Positions 19,512 through 29,433 are shown, counted from the stretch's first letter. The stretch is 43,578 bases of DNA from Bdellovibrionales bacterium (GCA_050250255.1 JBFWOZ010000025.1:1-43578); one strand, 5' to 3'. Numbers and translations are program-made. Notes: generated by a model not told the origin, from the sequence alone.

Positions 19512-20990
19512 ATGAAAACACTTCTCTTATTATTAGTGACACTTTTTTCGTTCAAAGTTCTTGCAACAGATTCTCTAAATGAAGCTCAGATTTATATTCA
19601 AGAATATATGACAGAGCTACGAACTGATCCTGCAACTAAAATGCAAACTCTTCCTGACATTATAAAGAGAGATGGAAGCATTTATCGGCGAGGTCAGATT
19701 CGAAGCTTCGGAGATTCGCAAAACTTTTTGCGAGATATATCTCGAACTTACATAGAGTTTGAACCATTTTTCTCTGTACCAGGATCTGAAGTGGAGATTT
19801 CGAATTTTTTTGAAAACACATCTATTAATAAGAATCTATTTACGATGCATACCCAGCAACTCAATGTAGGCGTGCCACAAACACTCCCTTGGGGTGGGTC
19901 TTATTGGCCCACTCATAAAGGTTTGATCGCTGCGAGATATGCAGACGCTGGTTTTCCTGGATCGAGAGAATGGGATGTAAATTATCATTATGTAAGAGAT
20001 ATGCCTGCAGAAAATTATATCCCAGACCGTGTATATGCACTTTCTCCTGCTGAGAAATACGATTTGCTGATCGGTAATACTACATGGACATTGCCTGCGC
20101 GCATGTGGAAAGAAGGTCTCGCAATCTTTCAAGCTCTTGGATATGTGGCAACTTGGCAGGGGATTTGTCATGGTTGGGCAGCAGCTGCTCATTTTAGTAC
20201 GCCAGAACCTGGCCACCACGTGGATGTGGTTTCCACTACGGGTATTCCAATTCGTTTTTACAAAAGCGACATTAAAGCTCTCGCCTCTTGGCTGTGGGCC
20301 GCTACAAGTCCTCCAGCGCAATTCATCGGATCACGATGTCGTATTAAAAATCCCGCTCGTGATGAAAATGGAAGAATTTTAGCTGAAGAGTGTTTTGATG
20401 TGAATCCAGGTTTTTGGCATCTAGCACTTGCCTATCGCGTAGGTGCTGAAAAAAGAAGTCTTGTAATAGACTCCACATTTGATGCCGAGGTTTGGAATTT
20501 TCCTGTAACAAAATTTAAAACAACATATTTTAATCCTGAATCTCTACGACCCAGTTTCCATCCAACGGCCTCGGTGATTCCGGTAGAGCGCTACACATCC
20601 GATAAATTTAAAAAATATCGCTCCTCAGACACCAAATATATAGTCGGCATCATGATGGATGTTTCTCATGCCAGCATACAATCACCAGGTACAACTACGA
20701 ACGAAGAAATGATCGAGAAAACCGTTCGTTATATGTACGATCTTGAGCTCAATCAAAATCACGAAATTATTGGAGGAGAGTGGTATACAAACGGACACCC
20801 TGATTTTATCTGGAGTTATAAAGCGGGTAGTCAAGCAAAGACGACTTCGGATCTTCAGCTGGATCCAAACATTGTATGGGATGGTCCTGCAGTACCAGCC
20901 CCCCTTGCCGAAGCTGCATTTACAGAGTCGAAAAAAGGTCTCGTTCTTTCTCGCATTGTGAACGAGCTTATAAAACGAAGTTTACAGTAA
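19512..20990 (+). CDS. Secreted transglutaminase-elicitor family protein (GP42-like)
   Basis: PWGGSYWP, LSPAEKYD, WQGICHGWAAAA, DVNPG, VWNFPV, IIGGEW, HPDFIW. Confidence 0.82.
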   Translation: MKTLLLLLVTLFSFKVLATDSLNEAQIYIQEYMTELRTDPATKMQTLPDIIKRDGSIYRRGQIRSFGDSQNFLRDISRTYIEFEPFFSVPGSEVEISNFFENTSINKNLFTMHTQQLNVGVPQTLPWGGSYWPTHKGLIAARYADAGFPGSREWDVNYHYVRDMPAENYIPDRVYALSPAEKYDLLIGNTTWTLPARMWKEGLAIFQALGYVATWQGICHGWAAAAHFSTPEPGHHVDVVSTTGIPIRFYKSDIKALASWLWAATSPPAQFIGSRCRIKNPARDENGRILAEECFDVNPGFWHLALAYRVGAEKRSLVIDSTFDAEVWNFPVTKFKTTYFNPESLRPSFHPTASVIPVERYTSDKFKKYRSSDTKYIVGIMMDVSHASIQSPGTTTNEEMIEKTVRYMYDLELNQNHEIIGGEWYTNGHPDFIWSYKAGSQAKTTSDLQLDPNIVWDGPAVPAPLAEAAFTESKKGLVLSRIVNELIKRSLQ

Positions 20991-21052
20991 AAATAACAAG
21001 TTATGACCTACCACTTTGACCCCCTTGTAAAGAGGGGGTACTGAACGCCTTA

Positions 21053-22252
21053 ATGAGTCTCCAAAGTTTTTTATTTCTTATTTTATTCTCTCAATTCTCC
21101 TTCGCTCAGGCCCCCAAAGATTTTTCTCAGCTGACTCTTGTTGGTTACCAAGCTTGGTTTGGAACTCCAAATGATCAAGTTCATAAACGCTGGAATCATT
21201 GGGGACTTCCCGAACGTATTACCTTTGAGCTTTATCCCGACATGAGAGAGTATGCTAAAGAGGATGTTTACAGTACGGGATTGGGGAAGCTCCCTAACGG
21301 ACAAGATTCTGTGTTGTTTTCTTCTGTACGAGATGGAGTTATGAGCACTCACTTTCGCTGGATGAGCGAGTACGGAATCGACGGAGTGGCGCTACAGAGA
21401 TTTGCAAATGAACTCTCGATGAATCCGCTTCATTTTAGAAATGTCGCCGCCCAAAAAGTAAAAACCCACGCAGAAAAATGGAAACGCTATTTTTATCTCA
21501 CTTACGACTTATCCGGAGCAAACCCTAAAACTCTCGTTGATGATATTCAACGTGATTGGGTGAACTTAGAAGCAAGGTTGCGTCTTACTGCAAGTTCGTA
21601 CTATGTAAAATCAGGTGGTAAGCCTGTCATTGGTCTTTGGGGATTTGGTTTTGAAGATCGACCGGTTCAGCCGCACCAAGCTCTGCAGCTCATTCAATTT
21701 TTTCGGCAAAAAGGTTTCGCCGTTCTGGGTGGGGCCCCTTGGTGGTGGAGAAAAATCACGGCTTGGCACCAAGTTTATTTCTCGGTACAAATTCTACAAC
21801 CTTGGGCGGTTGGTAGTTACCGTAACGAAAGAGACCTTCAGAGCATGCACGATACAATTTATTGGGAAGACATACGGCTTTTGAAACAACACGGAGTTCA
21901 ATACCAGCGAGTGATTTTTCCAGGTTTTGCGTGGTCGAATTGGAATGGTGGCGAGAAGAACATGATTCCTCGAAGTGCTGGCCGCTTTATGTGGAACCAA
22001 GCACTCGAAGTGAAATCTCTTGGGGTCTCTTCGATGATCGCGATGTTTGATGAATATGATGAGGGGACGGCCATTGCAAAGGCTGCTGAGAATAAAAGTT
22101 TCCTGCCTGTAGGAAAATATTTTTTAACTCTCGCCGAAGATGGCCAGGACATGTCCTCTGATTTCTATCTGCGTCTTTCAGGGATGATTACAAAACTTTT
22201 CCGAGGCGAAATCAAACCCCAGCCTACAGTTCCGGTACCGCTAAGGCCTTAG
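21053..22252 (+). CDS. Secreted GH71/GH99-like glycoside hydrolase
   Basis: VGYQAWFG, HFRWMSEYGIDGVALQRF, FPGFAWSN, AMFDEYDEGTAIAK. Confidence 0.82.
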   Translation: MSLQSFLFLILFSQFSFAQAPKDFSQLTLVGYQAWFGTPNDQVHKRWNHWGLPERITFELYPDMREYAKEDVYSTGLGKLPNGQDSVLFSSVRDGVMSTHFRWMSEYGIDGVALQRFANELSMNPLHFRNVAAQKVKTHAEKWKRYFYLTYDLSGANPKTLVDDIQRDWVNLEARLRLTASSYYVKSGGKPVIGLWGFGFEDRPVQPHQALQLIQFFRQKGFAVLGGAPWWWRKITAWHQVYFSVQILQPWAVGSYRNERDLQSMHDTIYWEDIRLLKQHGVQYQRVIFPGFAWSNWNGGEKNMIPRSAGRFMWNQALEVKSLGVSSMIAMFDEYDEGTAIAKAAENKSFLPVGKYFLTLAEDGQDMSSDFYLRLSGMITKLFRGEIKPQPTVPVPLRP

Positions 22253-23520
22253 GATTTTCTCTCGTACCAATAAAAACTCACGGCTGAAAAAGCTAAAAAA
22301 GTTCCTCCCATCACGTAGGTTGTAGCATCTAATTGAAACATCAATAACACTGCGAGAAGGGCTGCGACCAACGGTAAAAGGGGAGTTTTACCGACTTGGA
22401 AAGGGATTCGAAAGGGTCTCTTTTTGTCAGGCTCAGTATGTCGAAGAACAATGAGAGCGACATTCACTAGGCAGAAAGCTGTTAACGTCAAAAATGCAGA
22501 AACACTCGCGATCACTTCAAGATTTCCGAGAGGGAGAAAGAGGAGTGAAGCTACTAAAATGATCAGAGAAGCAATCCATGGCGTTTGCCGTTTAGGCAGA
22601 ATCGAACTTATTTTAAGTGGCAACACACGTTCTTTCCCCATTCCATAAAGAATGCGGCTTGCACCAATAATAGAAATAAGTGTGGTGTTCGCAGTAGAAA
22701 ACAAGGCGATCGAACCAAGAAGTTGACCCAATTTTGCAGAAATAGTTTCGGCTGCGGCCATTAATGGAGCGTCGCTTTTCGAAAGAGCTTCTGGGCTAAG
22801 GAGAGCAAGTGCACTGAGGCTCACTAAAACATACAGTATGGTCGAAATACTAATGCTGAGAAGAATTGCCCGTGAAAGATCCCGCTCAGGTTTTTTTGTC
22901 TCTTCTGCTAAATTGACGATATTTTCAAATCCGAAAAAAGAAAAAATAATAAGTCCCGCGCCAGAGAGAGTTCCCCAATGTGGGGTGGCCGAGAGCGCCT
23001 CGCCGAATTTCTCGGAAGTCATTCCAAAATAAATTATCAATAACAACCCCATAACTTCAATCAGAGTGGAGGTGACGGTCACCCAACTAGACTCGGTAAT
23101 TCCGTAGATGGCAATTCCTGCAAAAAGTAAAAGAAGTACTACTGCTGAAAGCTGAGGGGAAAGAGTTTGAAAAAATTGATTTAAATAGCCTCCAAAAGCA
23201 ACCGACACAGTGGCCGCTGTCGCAGCACCAGAGCCTGCAACCGAAACACCCACCATGGAGCCAATCCAAGGATGTTTTTTAAAAGTTTCTCTCAGATAAA
23301 CAAATTCTCCCCCCGCTTTTGGAAAAAGGGTGGAGAGTTCTGCGTAAGAGAGGCCGGTAAGAAGAGCCGCAACTGCCGCTAAGATAAAGCTTAACCAAAG
23401 CGTCTCATCTGTCTTTGCAGCGGCTTTTCCAATGATGGAGTAAATGCCGGCACCTAAAATCATGCCCGTCCCATAAAAGGTCAAGAGAGGTAGACTTAAA
23501 GAACGTTTTAAACTCGTCAC
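22249..23520 (-). CDS. APC family amino acid permease (start approximate)
   Basis: LKRSL, GMILGAGIY, SYAEL...PKAGG, GFENIVNLAEE, ASRILYGM; about 12 hydrophobic segments. Confidence 0.93.
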   Translation of the reverse strand: MTSLKRSLSLPLLTFYGTGMILGAGIYSIIGKAAAKTDETLWLSFILAAVAALLTGLSYAELSTLFPKAGGEFVYLRETFKKHPWIGSMVGVSVAGSGAATAATVSVAFGGYLNQFFQTLSPQLSAVVLLLLFAGIAIYGITESSWVTVTSTLIEVMGLLLIIYFGMTSEKFGEALSATPHWGTLSGAGLIIFSFFGFENIVNLAEETKKPERDLSRAILLSISISTILYVLVSLSALALLSPEALSKSDAPLMAAAETISAKLGQLLGSIALFSTANTTLISIIGASRILYGMGKERVLPLKISSILPKRQTPWIASLIILVASLLFLPLGNLEVIASVSAFLTLTAFCLVNVALIVLRHTEPDKKRPFRIPFQVGKTPLLPLVAALLAVLLMFQLDATTYVMGGTFLAFSAVSFYWYERKS

Positions 23521-23585
23521 ATCAGTTACTCCTAAGGCAGGGGAACACTGTGCAGAGAGTGTGCCATGCAAATAGATTTGTTTGC

Positions 23586-26500
23586 CTACTCAAATAAGGC
23601 TGCAAGATCTTTGATTTGAAGGGATTTTAGTAAATTCGGATCATTTGATACCACTGCGCTCGCGAGTTTCTTTTTTTTCAGCTGTAATTCTAAAATTTTT
23701 TCCTCAATAGTATTTTTAGCAATCACTTTATAAGCAAAGACTTTTTTCTTTTGACCAATTCTGTGCGTACGATCAATCGCCTGAGACTCTGCAGCTGGAT
23801 TCCACCATGGATCTAAGATGTAGACATAATCTGCGGCCGTTAGATTCAAACCGACTCCACCGGCTTTCAGGCTCAATAGAAATACGGAACAATCCTTTCT
23901 GGTTTGAAAGTGATCGACTCTTGCTGCACGATCTTTGGTTTTCCCATCGAGATACTCATAAATAATTCCTTGTGCTCGTAAATTATGAGAAAATAGCTCT
24001 AATAAACTTGTGAATTGAGAGAACACGAGGGCTTTATGGCCATCTTTAATAATCGTTTGCAATTGATCGAGCACTAAATCGAATTTTGCCGACGATGAGT
24101 GGGCTAGCTTAGGATCTATTAATCCTTGATGGCATGAGGCCTGTCGTAAGCGCAAGAGAGCCTCTAAGATATCGATCTTAGATCTTGAGAAGCCTTTATT
24201 CTCAAAAGTTTTTGTGAGCTGTCCCCAGTAGAACGTTTTAAGTTCGTCGTATTTTTTTCGTTCCGTAGGTGAAAGCTCACACATCAGTACCTGTTCAGTT
24301 TTTTCCGGCAGCTCCTTTAGAACTTGTTCTTTGGTCCGTCGCAACAGGAACGGGCTAAGAGCGCGGCCCAAAGACTGAATCTTTTGTGGCTCCATTTCTT
24401 TGCTCCAGCGATGTGCTTGGGCTTCGGTGACAAGACCGGGATTCACAATCGAGAGAATCGTAAATAAATCCATGAGGGAATTTTCAACGGGCGTTCCTGT
24501 GAGAGCAATTTTTCGCCGAGCGTTGACTAATTTTAAAGCCATCGTGATCTGAGCTTGAGAATTCTTTGCGTAATGGGCTTCATCCATAATTAAATAATCA
24601 AAGGCAACGTCCTTAATATTTTCGATATCATTTCTCAGAGTTTGGTAGGTAGTAAGAATGAGGTCATGATCATTAATAGATTTTTGTAACTGTTTGCGAT
24701 TTGTTCCAGAATAGATAAGCGTTTTGAGATGTGGTGTGAATTTGGAACATTCTTTTTCCCAATTGTAGACCACGCTGCGTGGAACGACAATGAGGCTTGG
24801 CTGTTGACTCTTTGTTTTTGAAAGCAGCGCCAAAATTTGGATAGTTTTGCCGAGCCCCATGTCATCCGCCAAGATCCCACCGATGTTATTTTCTGATAGT
24901 AACTTCAACCAGCCTAATCCTTCTTTTTGGTAGGGCCTTAGCTTCCCTTTTACCAGTTTATCAGGAGTGACGGGTTTGAGTGATTTGACCTTGTTGAGGA
25001 GTTCCAACAGTGTATTGAATTCCTTGCCGAGGGCAAATGCAGATTCCGAAATGCTGGCACTCAAAAACAAAGTCTGTACTTTGCTCAACCGCATTCCCGC
25101 ACTAGTGGTTTTACCGATACTTAGCAGGGGAGCCAATTTATTTAACCAGGCTTCAGGTAAAACGCCAGTAGACCCATCACCTAAAGTCACCATTCTTTGC
25201 TTTGTGCGGAGGGCATGTAAGAGTTGAGGGAGACCAAGCTTTTGAGATCCAAACTGAAACTCGGCTTCAAGGTCAAACCAATCCATATCTGAGGTTAAAT
25301 TGAATTTTAAGTTGTTTCCGATAACGACCTTGTGATCGCGAGCGATAACTTCCCAGCCGTAACTGAAGAATTTTTCGATAGCTCCTACAAGATGCTCCTG
25401 AAGAAAATATCCCTGAACGGAAGGATCTTCAGAGGAGATGGGTCGTAGCTGCATCAGTTTTTCGTAACAGGTTTTTTCAAGTTCTGTATTTCGGAGAATT
25501 CGTTCTTTCGCTGAAAAATGATAGATATAAAAGCCGGTTCCTGGACTTACAACATTAGAACCATAGACAAAGCCGAGTTTTGCGGCAAAGAGTCCCGAAT
25601 TTTTATCGATATCGAGAGAAAGCCGAACAAGGGGGGCCGCGAATTCAATGTCCTTGAATTTCATTTCGAGTGGCAATTGAATGGGCGTATATGTTGAAGT
25701 GTCACGCCATACGTATTCGAGAAAAGAATCAATTTCTTCTTCGGTTATAAGTGTGGGTCCCTTCGCTAAAAATTCAAGCCATAGTGCGTGTTCGCTGGCG
25801 TTAGAGCGAGCGCAAAAATCATCGAAAAAAATAAAATGCTCGATGTATCCAATGATATTGCCGAACTCGCGTGTGTCGCCGTTTTCATTGTAAACATGAC
25901 CTGAAAGTTGATAGCCTTTATCTGTTTTTACAAGAGACAGTCGAAAAGACCATAGATCTTGTGAATAAGTGTAGCGACGGATTTCGTTTTCAACCTCCCG
26001 AAAATCCTCATACATATCACTGGAACGAAAAAACAGTTTGCCATTGTCGGAGATCTTTCTGAGGATCATATCTGCATGTCCAGGGGTCAGAAATACGCTA
26101 TCCACTTTTTTTTGTGTGTAATAGGAATAAAAGCGCTCTACCGCTTCCGTACGTCCGACAAGGTCCCATAAAAAATCTCTTTCGACAGGATCCTCATAAA
26201 GCACAATTTTTTCTGACGTAAGTTCTGCGGGTTTTGTCTTTCCGAGCCCACCCTTCTTTAGGCGCTCTTGCATAAGAAGTTCGAGCTGGATGCGATTTTG
26301 ATCAATGGTTCGCCGAAGATTAATTGCGTATGTTCCTACACGCGAATGTGTATTTTGTTGTGCGAGGGATTCTTTCTGTCTGTCGTGGTGAAACCCTTCA
26401 ATTTCATTTTTTGCACTTTCGAGTCTTTTTCGCCAATGAAGATCTGGGCTTTTATTTTCACTGGCAACATCTCCAGTTATCTTTTTTAAAAGACCTTTGT

Positions 26501-26759
26501 TGTCGATGTCCAGTATGGCTGCCCAAATATGCTTACAGTTATTTCCATCCATAAAATAGGGACATGAACATTCAAAGGAGGGTGTGTCGCCGTCATATTC
26601 AATATCCACGTCATAATCATAGTTTCCTCGCACCGTAAAGGATGCACATCCTGCTTCCAATCTTTTGAATGTCACAGCATTATGCAGAAAGTATTCGCGG
26701 CCGCGCGTGCGCGATTGTGAATCAAATAAAAATTGAACTTTATAAGCTAATTTGGCCAC
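23586..26759 (-). CDS. SWIM zinc finger / SNF2-family ATPase
   Basis: CSCPY...CKH SWIM; LRPYQ, ILADDMGLGKT, DEAH, LTGTPVEN, SLKAGGVGLNL, QAIDRTHRIGQ. Confidence 0.95.
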   Translation of the reverse strand: MAKLAYKVQFLFDSQSRTRGREYFLHNAVTFKRLEAGCASFTVRGNYDYDVDIEYDGDTPSFECSCPYFMDGNNCKHIWAAILDIDNKGLLKKITGDVASENKSPDLHWRKRLESAKNEIEGFHHDRQKESLAQQNTHSRVGTYAINLRRTIDQNRIQLELLMQERLKKGGLGKTKPAELTSEKIVLYEDPVERDFLWDLVGRTEAVERFYSYYTQKKVDSVFLTPGHADMILRKISDNGKLFFRSSDMYEDFREVENEIRRYTYSQDLWSFRLSLVKTDKGYQLSGHVYNENGDTREFGNIIGYIEHFIFFDDFCARSNASEHALWLEFLAKGPTLITEEEIDSFLEYVWRDTSTYTPIQLPLEMKFKDIEFAAPLVRLSLDIDKNSGLFAAKLGFVYGSNVVSPGTGFYIYHFSAKERILRNTELEKTCYEKLMQLRPISSEDPSVQGYFLQEHLVGAIEKFFSYGWEVIARDHKVVIGNNLKFNLTSDMDWFDLEAEFQFGSQKLGLPQLLHALRTKQRMVTLGDGSTGVLPEAWLNKLAPLLSIGKTTSAGMRLSKVQTLFLSASISESAFALGKEFNTLLELLNKVKSLKPVTPDKLVKGKLRPYQKEGLGWLKLLSENNIGGILADDMGLGKTIQILALLSKTKSQQPSLIVVPRSVVYNWEKECSKFTPHLKTLIYSGTNRKQLQKSINDHDLILTTYQTLRNDIENIKDVAFDYLIMDEAHYAKNSQAQITMALKLVNARRKIALTGTPVENSLMDLFTILSIVNPGLVTEAQAHRWSKEMEPQKIQSLGRALSPFLLRRTKEQVLKELPEKTEQVLMCELSPTERKKYDELKTFYWGQLTKTFENKGFSRSKIDILEALLRLRQASCHQGLIDPKLAHSSSAKFDLVLDQLQTIIKDGHKALVFSQFTSLLELFSHNLRAQGIIYEYLDGKTKDRAARVDHFQTRKDCSVFLLSLKAGGVGLNLTAADYVYILDPWWNPAAESQAIDRTHRIGQKKKVFAYKVIAKNTIEEKILELQLKKKKLASAVVSNDPNLLKSLQIKDLAALFE

Positions 26760-26768
26760 GTGGTTGAG

Positions 26769-27155
26769 CTAATTCACATTCGTAAGACGTTTTAACAGGC
26801 TTTCAAACATTTGAACGTATTGATTTTGAATTCGCTGAAGCACCTCTTTAGCGAGATCTTCTTTGTAGGTATGTGAGGTGAGGTTACGGTCTTCAAGTAA
26901 GCGAATCCAACGATCTTCCTCTTTGCGATCGATCCAGCCAGATTGAATAGCGATTGTATAGGCCTGTTTCGGATTCCCTACTTGTGAGCCCATTCGTCCT
27001 GCCGTTTTTTGTATCGCCTTCCAGCTTTGTTCAAAAGTAAATTCAAAAGCCTGAATGATTCCCGCACGGTCCCGGTCTTCAGTGATGGGTGAAGCTAAAT
27101 AGGATTTAAGCTGAAGGAGGGTTTTTTGAAAATTCACAACATCTGAGCTACTCAT
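26769..27155 (-). CDS. HEPN-domain protein (HI0074 family), putative toxin
   Basis: IQAFEFTFEQSWK, DRNLTSHTY (RxxxxH). Confidence 0.9.
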   Translation of the reverse strand: MSSSDVVNFQKTLLQLKSYLASPITEDRDRAGIIQAFEFTFEQSWKAIQKTAGRMGSQVGNPKQAYTIAIQSGWIDRKEEDRWIRLLEDRNLTSHTYKEDLAKEVLQRIQNQYVQMFESLLKRLTNVN

Positions 27156-27453
27156 AAATAAGGACACCTTCGCGATCAATGTTAGACTTATAATCCGAGG
27201 TTAACTCGTCGTAGAGAACAAGATCAACAGGCAAGAGAGTGAGATTTTTCTCCTCTACCTGAGCGAGAGTCTGAGACCAAATCTTTCGATCATTCACCCA
27301 CACCGCCAAGTCGTAGTCAGAATTTTCGCGCGCTTGATTTCGCGCTCGCGAGCCGAACAAAACGATTTTTTTTACATTTTTTGTCTGAATCAAAAAATGG
27401 ACTAAGTCTTGTATCGAGGGGGGGAGGGCGCGCAAGCCTGAGGTTTCTTCCAT
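27148..27453 (-). CDS. Minimal nucleotidyltransferase (MNT), putative antitoxin
   Basis: LFGSRAR...SDYDLAV, VDLV, IDREGVLIYE; overlaps HEPN start. Confidence 0.9.
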   Translation of the reverse strand: MEETSGLRALPPSIQDLVHFLIQTKNVKKIVLFGSRARNQARENSDYDLAVWVNDRKIWSQTLAQVEEKNLTLLPVDLVLYDELTSDYKSNIDREGVLIYE

Positions 27454-27485
27454 TGGAGCTTCTTCCCAGTGCTAAAAGAAAAAAT

Positions 27486-27500
27486 TGGTCGGGGAGATGG
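27486..27500 (-). other. att site: isolated 3' fragment of a tRNA (Pro-type acceptor stem)
   Basis: Reverse complement CCATCTCCCCGACCA followed by a T-tract; no T-loop or 5' half; 67 bp from the integrase stop. Confidence 0.75.
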
Positions 27501-27567
27501 AAAAGCTCCTAACCCCTCGACTTTGTTACATTTCGAATATCGCAAGCAGCAAAAAGAAGCAAACCCT

Positions 27568-28668
27568 TTAACTCCTCTGGAATAACGGTAGTACAGTGCC
27601 TATAGCTTCGTTTGGAAGCTTATAGCCGAGCTTATCCGTTCCTCCTATGACCTCGACCCCTGCTTTTCTCAGGTAGCCATTTGTCGTCTTTAGTTGGCTG
27701 TGCCCAACCATCGACATGACCCGTGCTAAAGATTCGCCGCGCGACAGCAAATTGGTTATAAATGTCGCCCGCAGATCGTGAAACTTTATCGAGGTCACCC
27801 CTATGGCTTGGCAGAATTCGCGGGTAATCCGCGCTTGCTCGCCATTTTCCCACTCCAGGAATCTTGGCAGCACAGACTCTTCGTTTCCTCGTTTTAGCTT
27901 AAGTTCCTTCAAAAAGGTCATCAAGCTTTCAGAAATAGGTACGATTCGTGATCTCTGTGACTTTGTAGGACCAAAACCATTTTTGGAGGTCCATTGCTTC
28001 GACACCGAGATCGTTTTGTTCTCCAGGTCTATATCTGTCCAATTCAAAGCGTAGAGTTCTCCCGACCTCATTCCGGTCATAAGGGCGAGAGCCCATATGG
28101 GGTAAAAACGATGATCGGTATTCTTCGCTTCTTTTAAAAAGATATTAACTTCACTGTTGGTGAGAACATTCTGTTCAACTTCTGGAATCTTCACTTGAAT
28201 TCCTGAGCATGGGTTGCGATCAATAATTCCTTCACTGACCGCCATTTCAAAAAGACGTTTCACCATTTTTAAAACAGTTTTTCTGTGGCTAGCAGAAACA
28301 ATCTCGCCACATTTTTCAAAAATCAATTCATGTACGTCAGACCTCGTGATCTGCGCAAGTCCTTGATCTTTCCAATGTGGGTATACCCATTTCCGAATCT
28401 GGGAATGATAATTGATGACCGTAGAAGGTTTCATTTCGATCTTCATACGTTGCATACAAACATCAAACCATTCATGCCAACGAAAAGGCACATTCTCTTC
28501 TTTTAGCTTTGCAATTTCGCGTTTCAATTCGAACTCGATTTGCTGAGCCTTTCTAAGAGTATCAATGCCTGATCGCTTGCGCTGAATTCTGATTCCTCGT
28601 GAGTTAAATCCGTTCACATAAACTTCATACAGCTTCTTTCCATCTTCAATATAACTACGAACGGCCAT
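27568..28668 (-). CDS. Tyrosine recombinase / integrase
   Basis: TGMRSGEL, PTKS, FHDLRATF, MVGHS, TTNGY. Confidence 0.96.
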   Translation of the reverse strand: MAVRSYIEDGKKLYEVYVNGFNSRGIRIQRKRSGIDTLRKAQQIEFELKREIAKLKEENVPFRWHEWFDVCMQRMKIEMKPSTVINYHSQIRKWVYPHWKDQGLAQITRSDVHELIFEKCGEIVSASHRKTVLKMVKRLFEMAVSEGIIDRNPCSGIQVKIPEVEQNVLTNSEVNIFLKEAKNTDHRFYPIWALALMTGMRSGELYALNWTDIDLENKTISVSKQWTSKNGFGPTKSQRSRIVPISESLMTFLKELKLKRGNEESVLPRFLEWENGEQARITREFCQAIGVTSIKFHDLRATFITNLLSRGESLARVMSMVGHSQLKTTNGYLRKAGVEVIGGTDKLGYKLPNEAIGTVLPLFQRS

Positions 28669-28670
28669 GA

Positions 28671-28895
28671 TTAGGCTCCTTTCTTAAGGAAAAGAGCCCT
28701 GCAATCCAGTAACTTGAACCGCAGTCGTCGTCCGAATTTGTACACTTTGATCTGATCGCGATGGACCATGATTCTAAGTGCGTTCGGAGAGACTGACAGA
28801 AAGTGAGCTGCTTCTTTTGTAGAAAGCCACTCGCGTGCTATTCGATTTTCAATGAGCGAAAAGTCCGATACATCTTGGACTTTATTTGAACTCAT
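28671..28895 (-). CDS. Excisionase-like helix-turn-helix protein
   Basis: WLSTKEAAHFLSVSPNALR...KFGRRLRF; AGGAG RBS; directly upstream of int. Confidence 0.85.
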   Translation of the reverse strand: MSSNKVQDVSDFSLIENRIAREWLSTKEAAHFLSVSPNALRIMVHRDQIKVYKFGRRLRFKLLDCRALFLKKGA

Positions 28896-28983
28896 AATAC
28901 TCCTGGAAACCCTATCATTCAAGGGTTGTAAGGAATTTATATGATTCGTCTAGTAAAGCGATTTTTCATTTTTAAGAGCTAAA

Positions 28984-29433
28984 TTACGTACTCGTAGACT
29001 TGTCAACAACTTTATCTGTGGATAAGTCGCTCTGGGTCTTAGAGTTACGTTTTCTCTCTTTATCAACGATGCCGTAGTGCTCGCGTAATGCTTTTCTAAT
29101 CTCTTCAGGTAGCGCATTTGAATCCTCGGCACCGCGAAGCATGACGCTTAAAACTTTCTTATCATCAAAATGCAGATTCCTCATGGCTTTGGTATCATTA
29201 TCAGTAAAGAACTTCTCAAGATTTGAGAAAATGTAATTTGCAATATCAGACTTTGTAATTGTACCGGCATCAAAGCCATCGCCAACTTTCGCCACAACAC
29301 TTTCTAGAGCGACATTAGAGGATTTATTGATAATCACTCGAAACAGATCTTGTTCACTACCACCAACACCATTAGCCAGCTGATTTTTTTTCTTACTCTC
29401 TCTATTCTTAATTTCTAAATTAATATTATTCAT
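28984..29433 (-). CDS. Hypothetical protein (possible oriT-binding or regulatory accessory)
   Basis: 149-aa ORF with AGAAGG RBS; function inferred from position only. Confidence 0.65.
   Translation of the reverse strand: MNNINLEIKNRESKKKNQLANGVGGSEQDLFRVIINKSSNVALESVVAKVGDGFDAGTITKSDIANYIFSNLEKFFTDNDTKAMRNLHFDDKKVLSVMLRGAEDSNALPEEIRKALREHYGIVDKERKRNSKTQSDLSTDKVVDKSTST

Noticed and set aside
21019..21039. ACCCCC...GGGGGT hairpin resembling the shared oriT-like site
   Set aside because: Lacks the full CCTGACCCC arms, the 24-bp spacing and the CTCAACGAA core
27455..27509. GGAGCT/AGCTCC inverted repeat spanning the att site
   Set aside because: Short and imperfect with a large loop; could be chance
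27486..27560. Complete tRNA next to the tyrosine integrase
   Set aside because: Only 15 nt of 3' end; no T-loop, anticodon arm or D arm
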